From an uncultured Gemmatimonadales bacterium (GTDB taxonomy: Bacteria; Gemmatimonadota; Gemmatimonadetes; Gemmatimonadales; GWC2-71-9), in contig CAWGSK010000034.1 of NCBI GenBank assembly GCA_963825055.1, positions 96,001 to 160,000 of the forward strand: DNA of 64,000 nucleotides, given 5' to 3'. The notes under the pieces were generated by a model. It was not told where the DNA came from. It saw nothing but the letters and a program-made list of their open reading frames with translations, and made no database searches. The position numbers and the translations under genes were made by a program. Below are positions 1 to 9,645 of the stretch, one piece after another (position 1 is the first letter of the stretch; each line of letters opens with the position of its first letter).

Positions 1-2651
1 ACCTGACCGAACTCTACGGGGCCCTGAAGCGGCGCGCCGCCCACTGGCGGGCGGACCGCCCAGCCGTTCCCCGGCGCAAGGCCATTCTTTCGACCACCGG
101 CGGGGTCTGTCCGCGTGACGGCTCAGCACTCCGGTTCGATCCACGTGCCGGTGGCGCCCATGTGTGTCCGGTGTGCCACGAGCGCGTGAGCGACCAGCGG
201 CACGAGGACTGGTGGGTCCGCTTCCAGCATCTGTGGATGGCCGAGCGGACCGCCGAACAGGCCGCAGTGGGTGCCATCGGGGAGGACCGGGAAGCACTCG
301 CCGCCGCGCGGGAGGTACTGGAAGAGTACGCCGGGGTGTACCATGCCCTTCCCAACCGGGACAACGTCCTCGGCCCGACCCGCCTGTTCTTCTCGACCTA
401 TCTCGAGTCCATCTGGCTCGGTAACTATCTCTCGGCGGCAGTCCTGCTCCGCGAAATGGACGCGCTGGATGACGCGGCATCCGATGCCGTGAGCGGTGTG
501 GCCGATGCCGCGGCGCACCTGATCGGGGAGTTCAACGAGGGGCTCTCCAACCGGCAGACGTGGCACGCCGCCGCGCTGACCGCGGTGGCCGCCTGGTTCG
601 GCGACGAGGACCTGGCCCGCGATGCGATCGAATCACGAACGGGACTGATCGGCCACCTGCTGGAGGGTTTCGGCGACGACGGCCTGTGGTACGAAGGGGA
701 GAACTACCACCTCTTCGCGCTGCGTGGGCTCCTCACCGGCCTCTCCTGGGCCCGGTACATGGGCGCGGACATCATGGAGGACGCGGACCTCGCCGCCCAT
801 GTTCATCTCGCCTTGCGCGCCCCGATGCTGACCGCACTTCCTGACCTGACCTTCCCCGCGCGGAAGGATGCCCGCTTCGGTGTTTCCCTCGCCCAGCCGA
901 TGTACGCCGAACTCTGGGAAACCGGGCGGGCGTGGAGCCGCGACGAGGAGCGGGAACGGCTCGAGCGGTGGCTGGTGTCGCTCTACGGGGCGCCCGCGCC
1001 GGGTCCGGCGACATTCGACTCCTGGCTGCACGAGGCGGGTGAGGAGGGCGCCGGCAAGGGGCGGACGGGCCTTTCCTGGTGGATGCTGCTCGAAATGCTG
1101 CCGGATCCTCCCGGTGGGGAGCCGTGGGAAGGGGAGACGGTGCTCCTTCCTTCACAGGGGTTCGCGATCCTGCGCGAGGGGCAGCGATATGCCGGCATCG
1201 AGGCCGGACCGACCGGCGGGGGCCACGGCCACCCCGACCGGCTGAACCTGATCGTGCATGCGGCCGGCCGGTACTGGCTGCCGGACCTGGGGACCGGCTC
1301 CTATGTGAGCCCGGATCTCTTCTGGTATCGTTCGAGCCTGTCCCACAACGCGCCCCGGCTCGATGGCCGCTCACAGGAATCCGGCCGGGCGAGTTGCGAG
1401 ATGTTCGACATGCAGGATGGGTGGAGCTGGGTGCGGGGACGTTTCGGCGAGATGACCCGTACGGTGATCGCAGCCCCTGAGTACCTGCTCGATATCGTCG
1501 AACTGGCCGCGGAACTCCCGCATGTCCTGGAGCTGCCATGGCACCTGATGGGAGACGTCACGGCGCCGGGCAGCAGGGGGCCGGCGGAGATCAACAGTGA
1601 GTTTGCCCGCGATGCCGAGCGACTCGTTGGTGGAGAGGCGGGTGGAGGGGTCAGGCTCGACGCCGAAGCGGATGGGGCACACGCCCGTCTCATCCTGTCC
1701 GGCGGTGAAGTGCTTCGGGCGGTGGGGCCGGGCATCCCGGGGGGGCCGCCGGCCCCGTTCTTCGTGCAGCGCGGGGAGGGGCGCCATGTCCGCTTCGTCA
1801 ACGTGATCGGGCTGGATCCGGCACAGCCGGTCGCCGCGCTCCGCACCGATGGTGACGTGGTGGAGGTGGACCTGCCTTCGGGCACGGACCGGCATGCCCC
1901 GCAGGCCCTGGGCTGGCAGGTCTCCCGCGCGAATAAGACATGGCGGCTCGGTGGTCCGCTTCCGGACCAGGGCCCGATCCAGACGCTCTTCTCGCGTACC
2001 GTCACGCAGGTCAGCGAGGCGCAGGTTCCATGGGTGAGCGATCCGCCGCCGCTCGATGGAACCATGGAGGGCTTTCCGGGCACCGTACGGATTGCGCTGG
2101 ATCATGACGACCAGTACCGCCGCACGGAGGATCCGTGGGAAGGGCCCGGGGAGTTCTCCGCGGGCGCGGAACTGGCATGGAACGAAGGGGGCCTGTACGC
2201 GGCCGTTGATGTCCGGAAGCCGGAACTGGTTTTCCGCCCCCCCGACGACACCCCGCTCGGGCTGGACAATGAAACGGACGATATCAACAGTGACGGGCTG
2301 CAGGTGTACGTGACCATCGACGACATCACGCGCGGGTGGCTGGTCGTGCCCGACGTGTCAGCGGACAGCCTCCGGGTCCAGCCGGTCTCCGGCATGGACA
2401 CGCCCGGCGTCTCGCTCGAGGGCCGGTGGTCCGCGACGGATGTTGGCTATCGTGTCACGATGGCCCTCCGCCCGGAGGATATCGAGTTCGGGCATGGCGA
2501 GCGGCTCGGGTTCGAACTGGTGGTGAACGAAATGCGTGAGGGGCGGGCGCGGCGGGCCGGACAGCTCGTCTGGACCGGTCGTGGCGGATGGGCCTACCTG
2601 CGCGGGGATCGTGAGGATCCGGCCAACTTCGGGACGCTCGAGCTGGTATGA
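1..2651 (+). CDS. Heparinase II/III family (polysaccharide-lyase-like) protein with C-terminal CBM9/DOMON-like domain; 5' end lies upstream of the window
   Basis: Frame is open from base 3 (LTELYGALKRR...). Motifs SNRQTWH, DGLWYEGENYH, GGHGHPDRL and YRSSLSHN are typical of heparinase II/III-type lyases. Confidence 0.8.
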   Translation, partial: LTELYGALKRRAAHWRADRPAVPRRKAILSTTGGVCPRDGSALRFDPRAGGAHVCPVCHERVSDQRHEDWWVRFQHLWMAERTAEQAAVGAIGEDREALAAAREVLEEYAGVYHALPNRDNVLGPTRLFFSTYLESIWLGNYLSAAVLLREMDALDDAASDAVSGVADAAAHLIGEFNEGLSNRQTWHAAALTAVAAWFGDEDLARDAIESRTGLIGHLLEGFGDDGLWYEGENYHLFALRGLLTGLSWARYMGADIMEDADLAAHVHLALRAPMLTALPDLTFPARKDARFGVSLAQPMYAELWETGRAWSRDEERERLERWLVSLYGAPAPGPATFDSWLHEAGEEGAGKGRTGLSWWMLLEMLPDPPGGEPWEGETVLLPSQGFAILREGQRYAGIEAGPTGGGHGHPDRLNLIVHAAGRYWLPDLGTGSYVSPDLFWYRSSLSHNAPRLDGRSQESGRASCEMFDMQDGWSWVRGRFGEMTRTVIAAPEYLLDIVELAAELPHVLELPWHLMGDVTAPGSRGPAEINSEFARDAERLVGGEAGGGVRLDAEADGAHARLILSGGEVLRAVGPGIPGGPPAPFFVQRGEGRHVRFVNVIGLDPAQPVAALRTDGDVVEVDLPSGTDRHAPQALGWQVSRANKTWRLGGPLPDQGPIQTLFSRTVTQVSEAQVPWVSDPPPLDGTMEGFPGTVRIALDHDDQYRRTEDPWEGPGEFSAGAELAWNEGGLYAAVDVRKPELVFRPPDDTPLGLDNETDDINSDGLQVYVTIDDITRGWLVVPDVSADSLRVQPVSGMDTPGVSLEGRWSATDVGYRVTMALRPEDIEFGHGERLGFELVVNEMREGRARRAGQLVWTGRGGWAYLRGDREDPANFGTLELV

Positions 2652-3847
2652 ACCGCCCCGATGATCCCGCGGTTGCCGGTTTTACCTCCACGGGGAGCAA
2701 GCACCCACGGCTCCTCTACGGTGTCGAACCGATGGTCGCGGTGGAGGACGGGCTGCCGGTCCGGGTGGCGCGAGCCCGGGGTGCCATGGTGACCGACAAC
2801 GAGGGCCGGGAATACCTCGACTTCATCATGGCGCTGGGTGCGGTGGCCCTGGGGTACGGGCATCCGGACGTGACCCGCGCGGCAGTGCGCGCCGTGGAGG
2901 AGGGTGGAGTGGGACCGCTGGCCCCCGTGCTCGAGGAGCAGGTGGCCGCACGGCTGGTCACGCTGTTGCCACCGGTCGAGCGGGTGCGGTTCCTCAAGAC
3001 CGGGGCGGAGGCGGTGGCGGCCGCGGTGCGGCTCGCGCGCGCCTGCACTGGGCGGGATCTGGTCATCGGGTGTGGCTATCACGGATGGCTCGACTGGTGC
3101 AGCGACGGTCCGGGCGTGCCCAGTGCCACCCGATCCCTGTTCACGCGGATCCCCTTCAACGACCCGCAGTCCGCCCGGGAGGCCATCCGCGCCGCCGGTG
3201 ACCGGCTCGCCTGCGTCGTCCTCGAACCGGTGGTGGAAGCCTGGCCCGACCCGGAGTGGCTGCGTATCGTGCGGGAGGAGACCGCGCGGACAGGCGCGCT
3301 TCTCGTGCTGGACGAAATCAAGACGGCGTTCCGGGTGCACCGGGGCGGGGCAGCCGGGCGGTTCGGGATTCCGGCGGACCTGGTCGTGGTGGGCAAGGCG
3401 CTGGCGAACGGCTTCCCGCTCGCGGCAGTGGGGGGGCGCGCTTCGGTCATGGAAGCCGTGGGCCGGGCATGGATTTCATCCACGCTGGCCACGGAATGGG
3501 TTTCCCTGGCCGCCGCCCTCGCGACGCTTGATGTCATGGCATCGGTGGACCTTCCCGCCGCCCTCGAGCGCTCCGGCCAGGCCTGGTGCGACGGCCTGGC
3601 GTCCCGGGCCGGCAGCGGACCGCTGGCGTCCGTGCGCGGGGTTCCGGCGATGTCCCTGTGTGTGTGGGCGACTGTCGAGTCCGGGAACCGGGTGGTCCGC
3701 GCCGCCGCCCGCCATGGCCTGCTGCTCAAGCGCGATGCCTACAACTTCACCTCGCTCGCGCATGGGATGGACGAGGTGACACGGGCCCTGTCTCTGTTCG
3801 ACCTGGCGCTCGAGGATGCAGGGAGGGAGCGGACCAGTGCTGGTTGA
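2648..3847 (+). CDS. Class III PLP-dependent aminotransferase (glutamate-1-semialdehyde aminomutase-like)
   Basis: EYLDF..ALG..ALGYGHP, KTGAEA, GYHGW, DEIKTAFR and PLP-lysine VGKALANG; ATGA overlap with the upstream gene. Confidence 0.85.
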   Translation: MNRPDDPAVAGFTSTGSKHPRLLYGVEPMVAVEDGLPVRVARARGAMVTDNEGREYLDFIMALGAVALGYGHPDVTRAAVRAVEEGGVGPLAPVLEEQVAARLVTLLPPVERVRFLKTGAEAVAAAVRLARACTGRDLVIGCGYHGWLDWCSDGPGVPSATRSLFTRIPFNDPQSAREAIRAAGDRLACVVLEPVVEAWPDPEWLRIVREETARTGALLVLDEIKTAFRVHRGGAAGRFGIPADLVVVGKALANGFPLAAVGGRASVMEAVGRAWISSTLATEWVSLAAALATLDVMASVDLPAALERSGQAWCDGLASRAGSGPLASVRGVPAMSLCVWATVESGNRVVRAAARHGLLLKRDAYNFTSLAHGMDEVTRALSLFDLALEDAGRERTSAG

Positions 3848-4646
3848 CGTCCACGCCCATTTCTGGCACGACCGCTCGCCGCGCGCCGACTGGCAGGAAG
3901 TGAACGCCAGCCGGCTTCGCTGGGGCGAGCGTATCGGGATCACCTGGCACGTGGCCTCGATCCTCGGCAGCTGGGGACGGGACTCCCCCACGTACTTCCC
4001 ATCCCCCGCGGACGTCTCCCACGGCAATGCCGTGATGCGGCAACTGGCCGCCGCGCACCCCGGGCAGGTGCTCGGGTACGTTACAGTCAACCCGAATTAC
4101 CCCGAGCATGCGCGGGACGAAGTGCGGGCTGGTGTCGAGGGTGGCATGGTCGGTATCAAGCTCGCCGCGAGCCGCCGCGTAACGGATCCGCTCGTGGACG
4201 GTATTGCGGGCCTGGCCCGCGAGCACGGCCTGCCGGTGCTCCAGCACATCTGGCAGCATCGCCGGCGCGACTGGCCCGGGCAGGAGGCATCGGACGGCGC
4301 CGAGCTGGCCGTCCTCGCTGGTCGGCACCCCGACGTTGCCTTCATCCTCGCGCACCTGGGTGGGGGAGGCGACTGGCTGCACACGCTGCATGCCGTGCGA
4401 CGGGTCGACAACGTATTCATCGACCTCTCCGGCAGCGGCGCGGACGGCGGAATGCTCGAGGCGGCGATCGATGCCGCGGGCGCGGGCCGCCTGCTGTGGG
4501 GCTGCGATCTCACCATCTGCACCGGCCTTGCCAAACTCCGCCGGCTGGAGGGCCTGCTCGATCCCGAATCGTTCGAGGGTGTCCGCTGGCGGAATGCGGC
4601 GGCGATTTTCCCTGAAGGAGCCTTCAGCGGCGGAGCCCGGCGATGA
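3837..4646 (+). CDS. Amidohydrolase family (Amidohydro_2-like) protein
   Basis: DVHAH metal motif, LAHLGG, LLWGCD; GTG at 3837 follows GGGAGG. Confidence 0.8.
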   Translation: MLVDVHAHFWHDRSPRADWQEVNASRLRWGERIGITWHVASILGSWGRDSPTYFPSPADVSHGNAVMRQLAAAHPGQVLGYVTVNPNYPEHARDEVRAGVEGGMVGIKLAASRRVTDPLVDGIAGLAREHGLPVLQHIWQHRRRDWPGQEASDGAELAVLAGRHPDVAFILAHLGGGGDWLHTLHAVRRVDNVFIDLSGSGADGGMLEAAIDAAGAGRLLWGCDLTICTGLAKLRRLEGLLDPESFEGVRWRNAAAIFPEGAFSGGARR

Positions 4647-5443
4647 GCCTGGTCGACGTGAATGCATTCATCGGGGCGTACCCGTGGCGACGCGTGCCCG
4701 GGACGGCGCCTGCCGACCTGCTCGCAGCGATGGACCGGACGGGGATCGACCAGGCCTGGGTAAGCCACCTGCCCGGTGTGTTCTGGCGTGACCCGATGGA
4801 GGGGAACGGCTTCCTGTTCGACCTCGCCCGCGCGGAACCACGCTTCTCGGCAGTGCCCGCGATCCACCCCGGCCTGGCCGGCTGGCGCGACGCGCTGCGC
4901 GTGGCCCGTGAGTCCGGCGCTCCCGCCGTGCGATGTGACCCTGCCTTCCACGCCCTGGCGCCGGCCGGGACGGAGATGCACGAACTGGCCCGCGCCTGCG
5001 GCGATGCGGGGATGCTCCTCATGATGGCCGTGCGGCTCGAGGACGCCCGACAGCGCCATCCGCGCGACACGGCCCCGGAACTCTCCGGTGCCGACCTGCG
5101 TGGCCTGCTGCGCTGCGATGACCGGCTGCGCCTGCTCGTTACGCACGCCGACCGGGCTCTCATCCATGAGGTCCATTTCGGCAGCACCACGACCGAAGCG
5201 TCGCGCGTGTGGTGGGACATCTCGTGGCTCTGGGGCCCTCCCGAGGAGCATCTGGCACGGCTGGTGCATGAGATCGGGACGGACCGCCTGGTGTTCGGCA
5301 CCGGACAGCCCCTGCGCCTTCCGGAATCGGGGGTAGCCCGGCTGGAGCTGACCGACCTGGACGACGTGGCCGTGAGCGCCATCGGCTCGGGCAACGCCCG
5401 GGCCGCCGCCGGGATTTCCTCCGCCAGGACTGGACGGCAGTGA
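4643..5443 (+). CDS. Amidohydrolase-fold protein with degenerate metal site
   Basis: DVNAFIG at the HxH position, RLVFGTGQP; ATGA overlap with the preceding gene. Confidence 0.7.
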   Translation: MSLVDVNAFIGAYPWRRVPGTAPADLLAAMDRTGIDQAWVSHLPGVFWRDPMEGNGFLFDLARAEPRFSAVPAIHPGLAGWRDALRVARESGAPAVRCDPAFHALAPAGTEMHELARACGDAGMLLMMAVRLEDARQRHPRDTAPELSGADLRGLLRCDDRLRLLVTHADRALIHEVHFGSTTTEASRVWWDISWLWGPPEEHLARLVHEIGTDRLVFGTGQPLRLPESGVARLELTDLDDVAVSAIGSGNARAAAGISSARTGRQ

Positions 5444-6918
5444 AACGACTCTCCCTGATCATCGCTGCGCTCCTCGCCCTCGGGTCCGCTCGCCTCCCCG
5501 GGCAGGCCCAGCCCATCGCGATCACCCACGTGACCCTCATCGACGCGACCGGCGCCCCGCCGCTGCCGGACCGGACCGTGGTCGTCCGGGACGGCAGGAT
5601 CGTCGCCGTGGAGCCCTCGAGCATCTTCCACGTGCCTGATGGCGCCACCGTGGTGGATGGGACCGGGCGATACCTGATTCCGGGCCTGTGGGACATGCAT
5701 GTGCACATGTCGACGGGATCCCTGCCGCCATATTCGGCCGGGCCGGAGCGCGTTGTCGACAACTGGCGGTATTTCTTCCCGCTGCTCGTCGCACACGGGG
5801 TCACCGGCGTCAGGGACATGTCGGGCGATCTCGACCTGCTCGTCTCCTGGCGGGAGGCCGTGCGCGGGGGTGAGCGGATTGGTCCACGCATGGTGGTAAC
5901 GGGGTGGAAGCTGGGGGATCACCAGCCGGTCGTCGCGGGCGCCCCGTATCCGGTTGAGACCGCCGCGGATGTGGTCGCCTCGGTCCGGCTGCTCAAGCAG
6001 CACGGGGCGGACTTCGTGAAGGTCGACTGGTTCGAACCGTCGCTGTATCCGGCCCTGCAGGATGCCACGCGGCGTGCCGGGTTGCGGTTCGTCGGTCATG
6101 TGTCGCCCGGTATCAACGCCGGTGTGGCGGCGCGGCTGGGCCAGCACAGCATCGAGCACCTCGATGGAATCCAACTCGCCGTCTCGTCCAATGAGGCGGC
6201 CCTTCGGCGGGAGTACGTCGACGGCCCGGGCTGGTGGCGGCGGTACCTCATCCGGATGCACCTCTCCAGCCGGGACCGCTGGCTGCTCGACTGGCAGCGG
6301 CGCCTCAACGGCACGCTGGACACTGCCAGGCTCCGCGCGCTGCTCGGCACGTTCCGGGCGGCCGGCACCTGGGTGGTACCCACCCTCACGGAGCTCCGGG
6401 ACATCAAGTCGCTTCCGGCGCCCGCACCGGACTCCGCCGCCCGGGCGCCCTATACGCCGCCGCCGCGGGCAGTCCGGCAGCAGACCTACTTCGCGCTGGA
6501 CTCAGCCGTAGCATCCGCAACCTTCGCCGAGGAAGTCCGCCTGGTTGGCGCGATACATGAAGCCGGCGTACCGATGCTCGCGGGTACCGACACACCAGGG
6601 CTGCGCCGGCTGCCCGGGTTCAGCCTCGCCGACGAACTGGAACTCCTGGTGCAGGCAGGCTTCACCCCCATGGAGGCGCTCCAGTCGGCCACCGTCGAGC
6701 CGGCCCGCTTCCTTGGCGCCCTCGATTCGATGGGAACCGTCGCGACGGGGAAGGTGGCGGACCTGGTACTGCTCGATGCCGATCCGCTGAAGGACATCGC
6801 CAACGTCGGCTCGGTGCATGCGGTGATCCTGCAGGGGCGGTTGTTCGACCGGAACGCCCTCGACGCCATGCTTGCCGGCGTGCGGACGCTCGTGGAGGGC
6901 TGGCGCGGGGCGCGCTGA
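5440..6918 (+). CDS. Secreted amidohydrolase family protein
   Basis: Signal peptide; PGLWDMHVH, SIEH, AGTD, GKVADLVLLDADPL. Confidence 0.85.
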   Translation: MKRLSLIIAALLALGSARLPGQAQPIAITHVTLIDATGAPPLPDRTVVVRDGRIVAVEPSSIFHVPDGATVVDGTGRYLIPGLWDMHVHMSTGSLPPYSAGPERVVDNWRYFFPLLVAHGVTGVRDMSGDLDLLVSWREAVRGGERIGPRMVVTGWKLGDHQPVVAGAPYPVETAADVVASVRLLKQHGADFVKVDWFEPSLYPALQDATRRAGLRFVGHVSPGINAGVAARLGQHSIEHLDGIQLAVSSNEAALRREYVDGPGWWRRYLIRMHLSSRDRWLLDWQRRLNGTLDTARLRALLGTFRAAGTWVVPTLTELRDIKSLPAPAPDSAARAPYTPPPRAVRQQTYFALDSAVASATFAEEVRLVGAIHEAGVPMLAGTDTPGLRRLPGFSLADELELLVQAGFTPMEALQSATVEPARFLGALDSMGTVATGKVADLVLLDADPLKDIANVGSVHAVILQGRLFDRNALDAMLAGVRTLVEGWRGAR

Positions 6919-7014
6919 GCGGATAGTGCGGATGAGTTGACAGGAGGCGATGGGTTCCGCATTGTCCCGGAAGTGGTCTCCCCCGTCTCCCGGGGCCCTT
7001 CCGAGGAGGAATCC

Positions 7015-8541
7015 ATGCGTTCCCGTCTCTTCCTTGGAGTCCTGATCGTGGTGGCGCCGGCCGCCCTGCCCGCCCAGGACTCCACTCTGGTCACCGCTGT
7101 CGTCGAGGCCCAGCCCTTCTCCTACAGTACTCCGGAGTGCGGCATCAAGGGCGGCCATTACCGCGTCAACAGCGCGGCTACCTACCTCAAGACCGCCATC
7201 TCGAACGAAGCCAACCGCGGGCGGCTCCTGCACGACGCCCGGAAGGCAATTCTCGACGCGATGCGGGAGAACAACCAGGGTGACAACCCGGCCGCCTGGT
7301 ATTACCTCGGCCGCGTCTCCCTGTACGAGGGAGACGTGATCGGGGCCGACACGGCGCTGGCCCGGGCGGAGGAACTGGCCCCCCAGTGTGTCGACGAGAT
7401 CCGTGGCTTCCGGGAGAGTACGGGACAGGCGCTTCTCCAGGCCGGGAGCGTGGCCATGGAGTCTGACAAGGCCCGCGCCGCCCGGGCATTCCAGCTGGCC
7501 GCCCGTATCAATCCCAGGGACGCCCGGACGTGGTATGTCGTCGGTGGTGCGATCGAGGCCGCCGGGCAGGCGGACAGCGCCATCCCCTATTACAAGAAGG
7601 CGTGGGAGGTCTCGCCCGGCCCCGCCGACCAGTATGGAAAGCTGGGCCTGACCCGGGTTGCGGGGCTGTATGATGCCGCCGGGAACGTCGACAGTGCCGT
7701 CGCCTACTACATGGTCATCGTCGACAAGGTCACGAATGATCGCGACGCGCAGAGCCGGGCCGCGCTTGCCGCAGGCCGCGCCCTCTATGGCGCGCAGCGC
7801 TATCCCGATGCAATCAAGGTCTTCCGTCGGCAGCTCCAGGCCAGTCCGGACGATGCGGATACGAAGCGGTTCCTTGCCATCACCTATGATGCCAATAACC
7901 AGCCGGACAGCGCACAGGCCCTGCGGGCACAACTGGGCATGAGTTCGGGCGTGTCCGCCACGGATACGACCGGAGCAGTGTTCCTCATCAACCGGGGGGC
8001 GCAGAAATACAAGGCGGGCGACAAGGAGGCCGCCGCGGCGGATTTCCAGAAAGGCCTGCAACGCGAGCCTGGAAACCGTACGGCCCTGCGGAACCTGCTC
8101 AGTACCTGGAATGAGTTGAAGAACGGGCAGGGCCTGGTGGAAACAGCGAGCGCACTCCTCGAGCGGGAACCGCTGAGCGAGATGGCCCGCCGGTACCAGA
8201 TCCAGGGCTATATCTACCTGAACGACCGGGACGCCGGGGGCAAGGCGGTGGACGCGCTGGATGCCATGCCCATGACGGTGGACGACATGAAGATGACGTC
8301 CTCCGGTGGTGGGGTGACGCTGGCGGGCGTGGTGAACGGGCGAGACGCGAAGCGCGCGGACAAGACGGCAATTCCGCCCGCCGCCACCTCTCTCGTATTC
8401 GAGTTCCTGAATGCCTCGGGGGAGGTGGTGGCGACGGAGACCGTGTCCATACCGCCCCTGCAGGCCGGCGCCATCCATCCACTGTCGATCACCGCGACCG
8501 GGGCGGGGATCAGCGACTGGCGGTATCGGATCGGGAGCTGA
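7015..8541 (+). CDS. Secreted tetratricopeptide-repeat protein
   Basis: GAGGAGG RBS then ATG 7015; signal peptide; repeated helical A..Y/W..LG motifs; TTGACA at 6937. Confidence 0.75.
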   Translation: MRSRLFLGVLIVVAPAALPAQDSTLVTAVVEAQPFSYSTPECGIKGGHYRVNSAATYLKTAISNEANRGRLLHDARKAILDAMRENNQGDNPAAWYYLGRVSLYEGDVIGADTALARAEELAPQCVDEIRGFRESTGQALLQAGSVAMESDKARAARAFQLAARINPRDARTWYVVGGAIEAAGQADSAIPYYKKAWEVSPGPADQYGKLGLTRVAGLYDAAGNVDSAVAYYMVIVDKVTNDRDAQSRAALAAGRALYGAQRYPDAIKVFRRQLQASPDDADTKRFLAITYDANNQPDSAQALRAQLGMSSGVSATDTTGAVFLINRGAQKYKAGDKEAAAADFQKGLQREPGNRTALRNLLSTWNELKNGQGLVETASALLEREPLSEMARRYQIQGYIYLNDRDAGGKAVDALDAMPMTVDDMKMTSSGGGVTLAGVVNGRDAKRADKTAIPPAATSLVFEFLNASGEVVATETVSIPPLQAGAIHPLSITATGAGISDWRYRIGS

Positions 8542-8546
8542 CCGGG

Positions 8547-9515
8547 CTAGAACCGGTTGAGGACGACATCCTCCGGCGCGTAGCCGACGCCGAGGATGAG
8601 GTCACGCATCTGGTATCCGTTGGCCGTCACCCGGACGGTCTGGGTCCGGCAGTTGTCCACCAGCGACGCGTCGAACTCGAGCCGGTAGGTTCCGTTGCCG
8701 TCGGTGAAGGTGGACCACGGCGTGCCGAGGACCTGCAGGAATGCGTTGGCCACCGGTGTCCTGTGGTCTGACCGGAGTACCCGTCCCGTTGCCACGCCCA
8801 TCTCCACCGCCTCCCCGTCCCGTCGAGGCGGGCGCGGGGTCATCCGGCAGTCGTTCCGCTCCGCCTCGTAGTTCCGCGCCAGTTCCGCCGCCGACCCGAT
8901 CCCGAGCCGGGCGCCGCCGAGGTTGCCCGCTCGAACCCCCGGGCTCCCGAAGAGTCGCCGTGCCTCGGACTCCAGGGTGGGCACCGCGGACCGGGGGGCG
9001 GGAGTGCCCGATGCCGTGGTGGCGGTTTCCCCGGGCGAGGCCGGCTCGGGACTCTCGCCCTTCGGTGGTGACAGCGCGGCCTCTCCGGGGGCACTCGGCG
9101 CGTCTTCGGTGACCCGGGGAGCGCGGCTTGCCCGGTTCTCCGGCGCCTGCACGGCGTCCGGGGCCGGGGGCCGGCTGGGAGGAAGCGGTTCCGGCGCAGT
9201 CGTGCGAGGCGCGGGCGGGATGTAGATCATCGAGACTTCACGCGGTTCGGCCGGGGCCGCCCCGGCCGCAGACGGGGCGGCCCGCGTTTCCGGCTCATGG
9301 CGAAAAGCCAGGAGAATGAGCACCACGAGCGCCGTGTGGAGGAGGAAACTCACTGCCGGACCGATCCATTCGTGGCGTCCGCGTACGGGAAAAACGCCGA
9401 TACCCCCGACAGCCGGCCGGGCCGGTGAACGGGGGTCGAATGTCCGGAATCCTGGTGGTGATCTCTTCCGCAATACCACTCCGTGAACTGCAGAGTGCCT
9501 CGTCGCACCCTCCAT
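8547..9515 (-). CDS. TonB-like membrane-anchored Pro-rich protein with C-terminal carboxypeptidase-regulatory-like domain (start uncertain)
   Basis: TM helix VSFLLHTAL, long Pro/Ala linker, C-terminal GRV..PVANA..TFTDGNGTYRL beta-sandwich pattern. Confidence 0.6.
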   Translation of the reverse strand: MEGATRHSAVHGVVLRKRSPPGFRTFDPRSPARPAVGGIGVFPVRGRHEWIGPAVSFLLHTALVVLILLAFRHEPETRAAPSAAGAAPAEPREVSMIYIPPAPRTTAPEPLPPSRPPAPDAVQAPENRASRAPRVTEDAPSAPGEAALSPPKGESPEPASPGETATTASGTPAPRSAVPTLESEARRLFGSPGVRAGNLGGARLGIGSAAELARNYEAERNDCRMTPRPPRRDGEAVEMGVATGRVLRSDHRTPVANAFLQVLGTPWSTFTDGNGTYRLEFDASLVDNCRTQTVRVTANGYQMRDLILGVGYAPEDVVLNRF

Positions 9516-9645
9516 GACTACGTTTCAGGGGCGCGAGCCGTTGGCCGCCTTCGGACCCACATTACGAAGAATGTGTCCCTCGTATCCCCGCGGGTACCCC
9601 ACCGCCCGAATCCGCCCGGCCCAGGCGCCGCCCCAGGGAGTTCCC

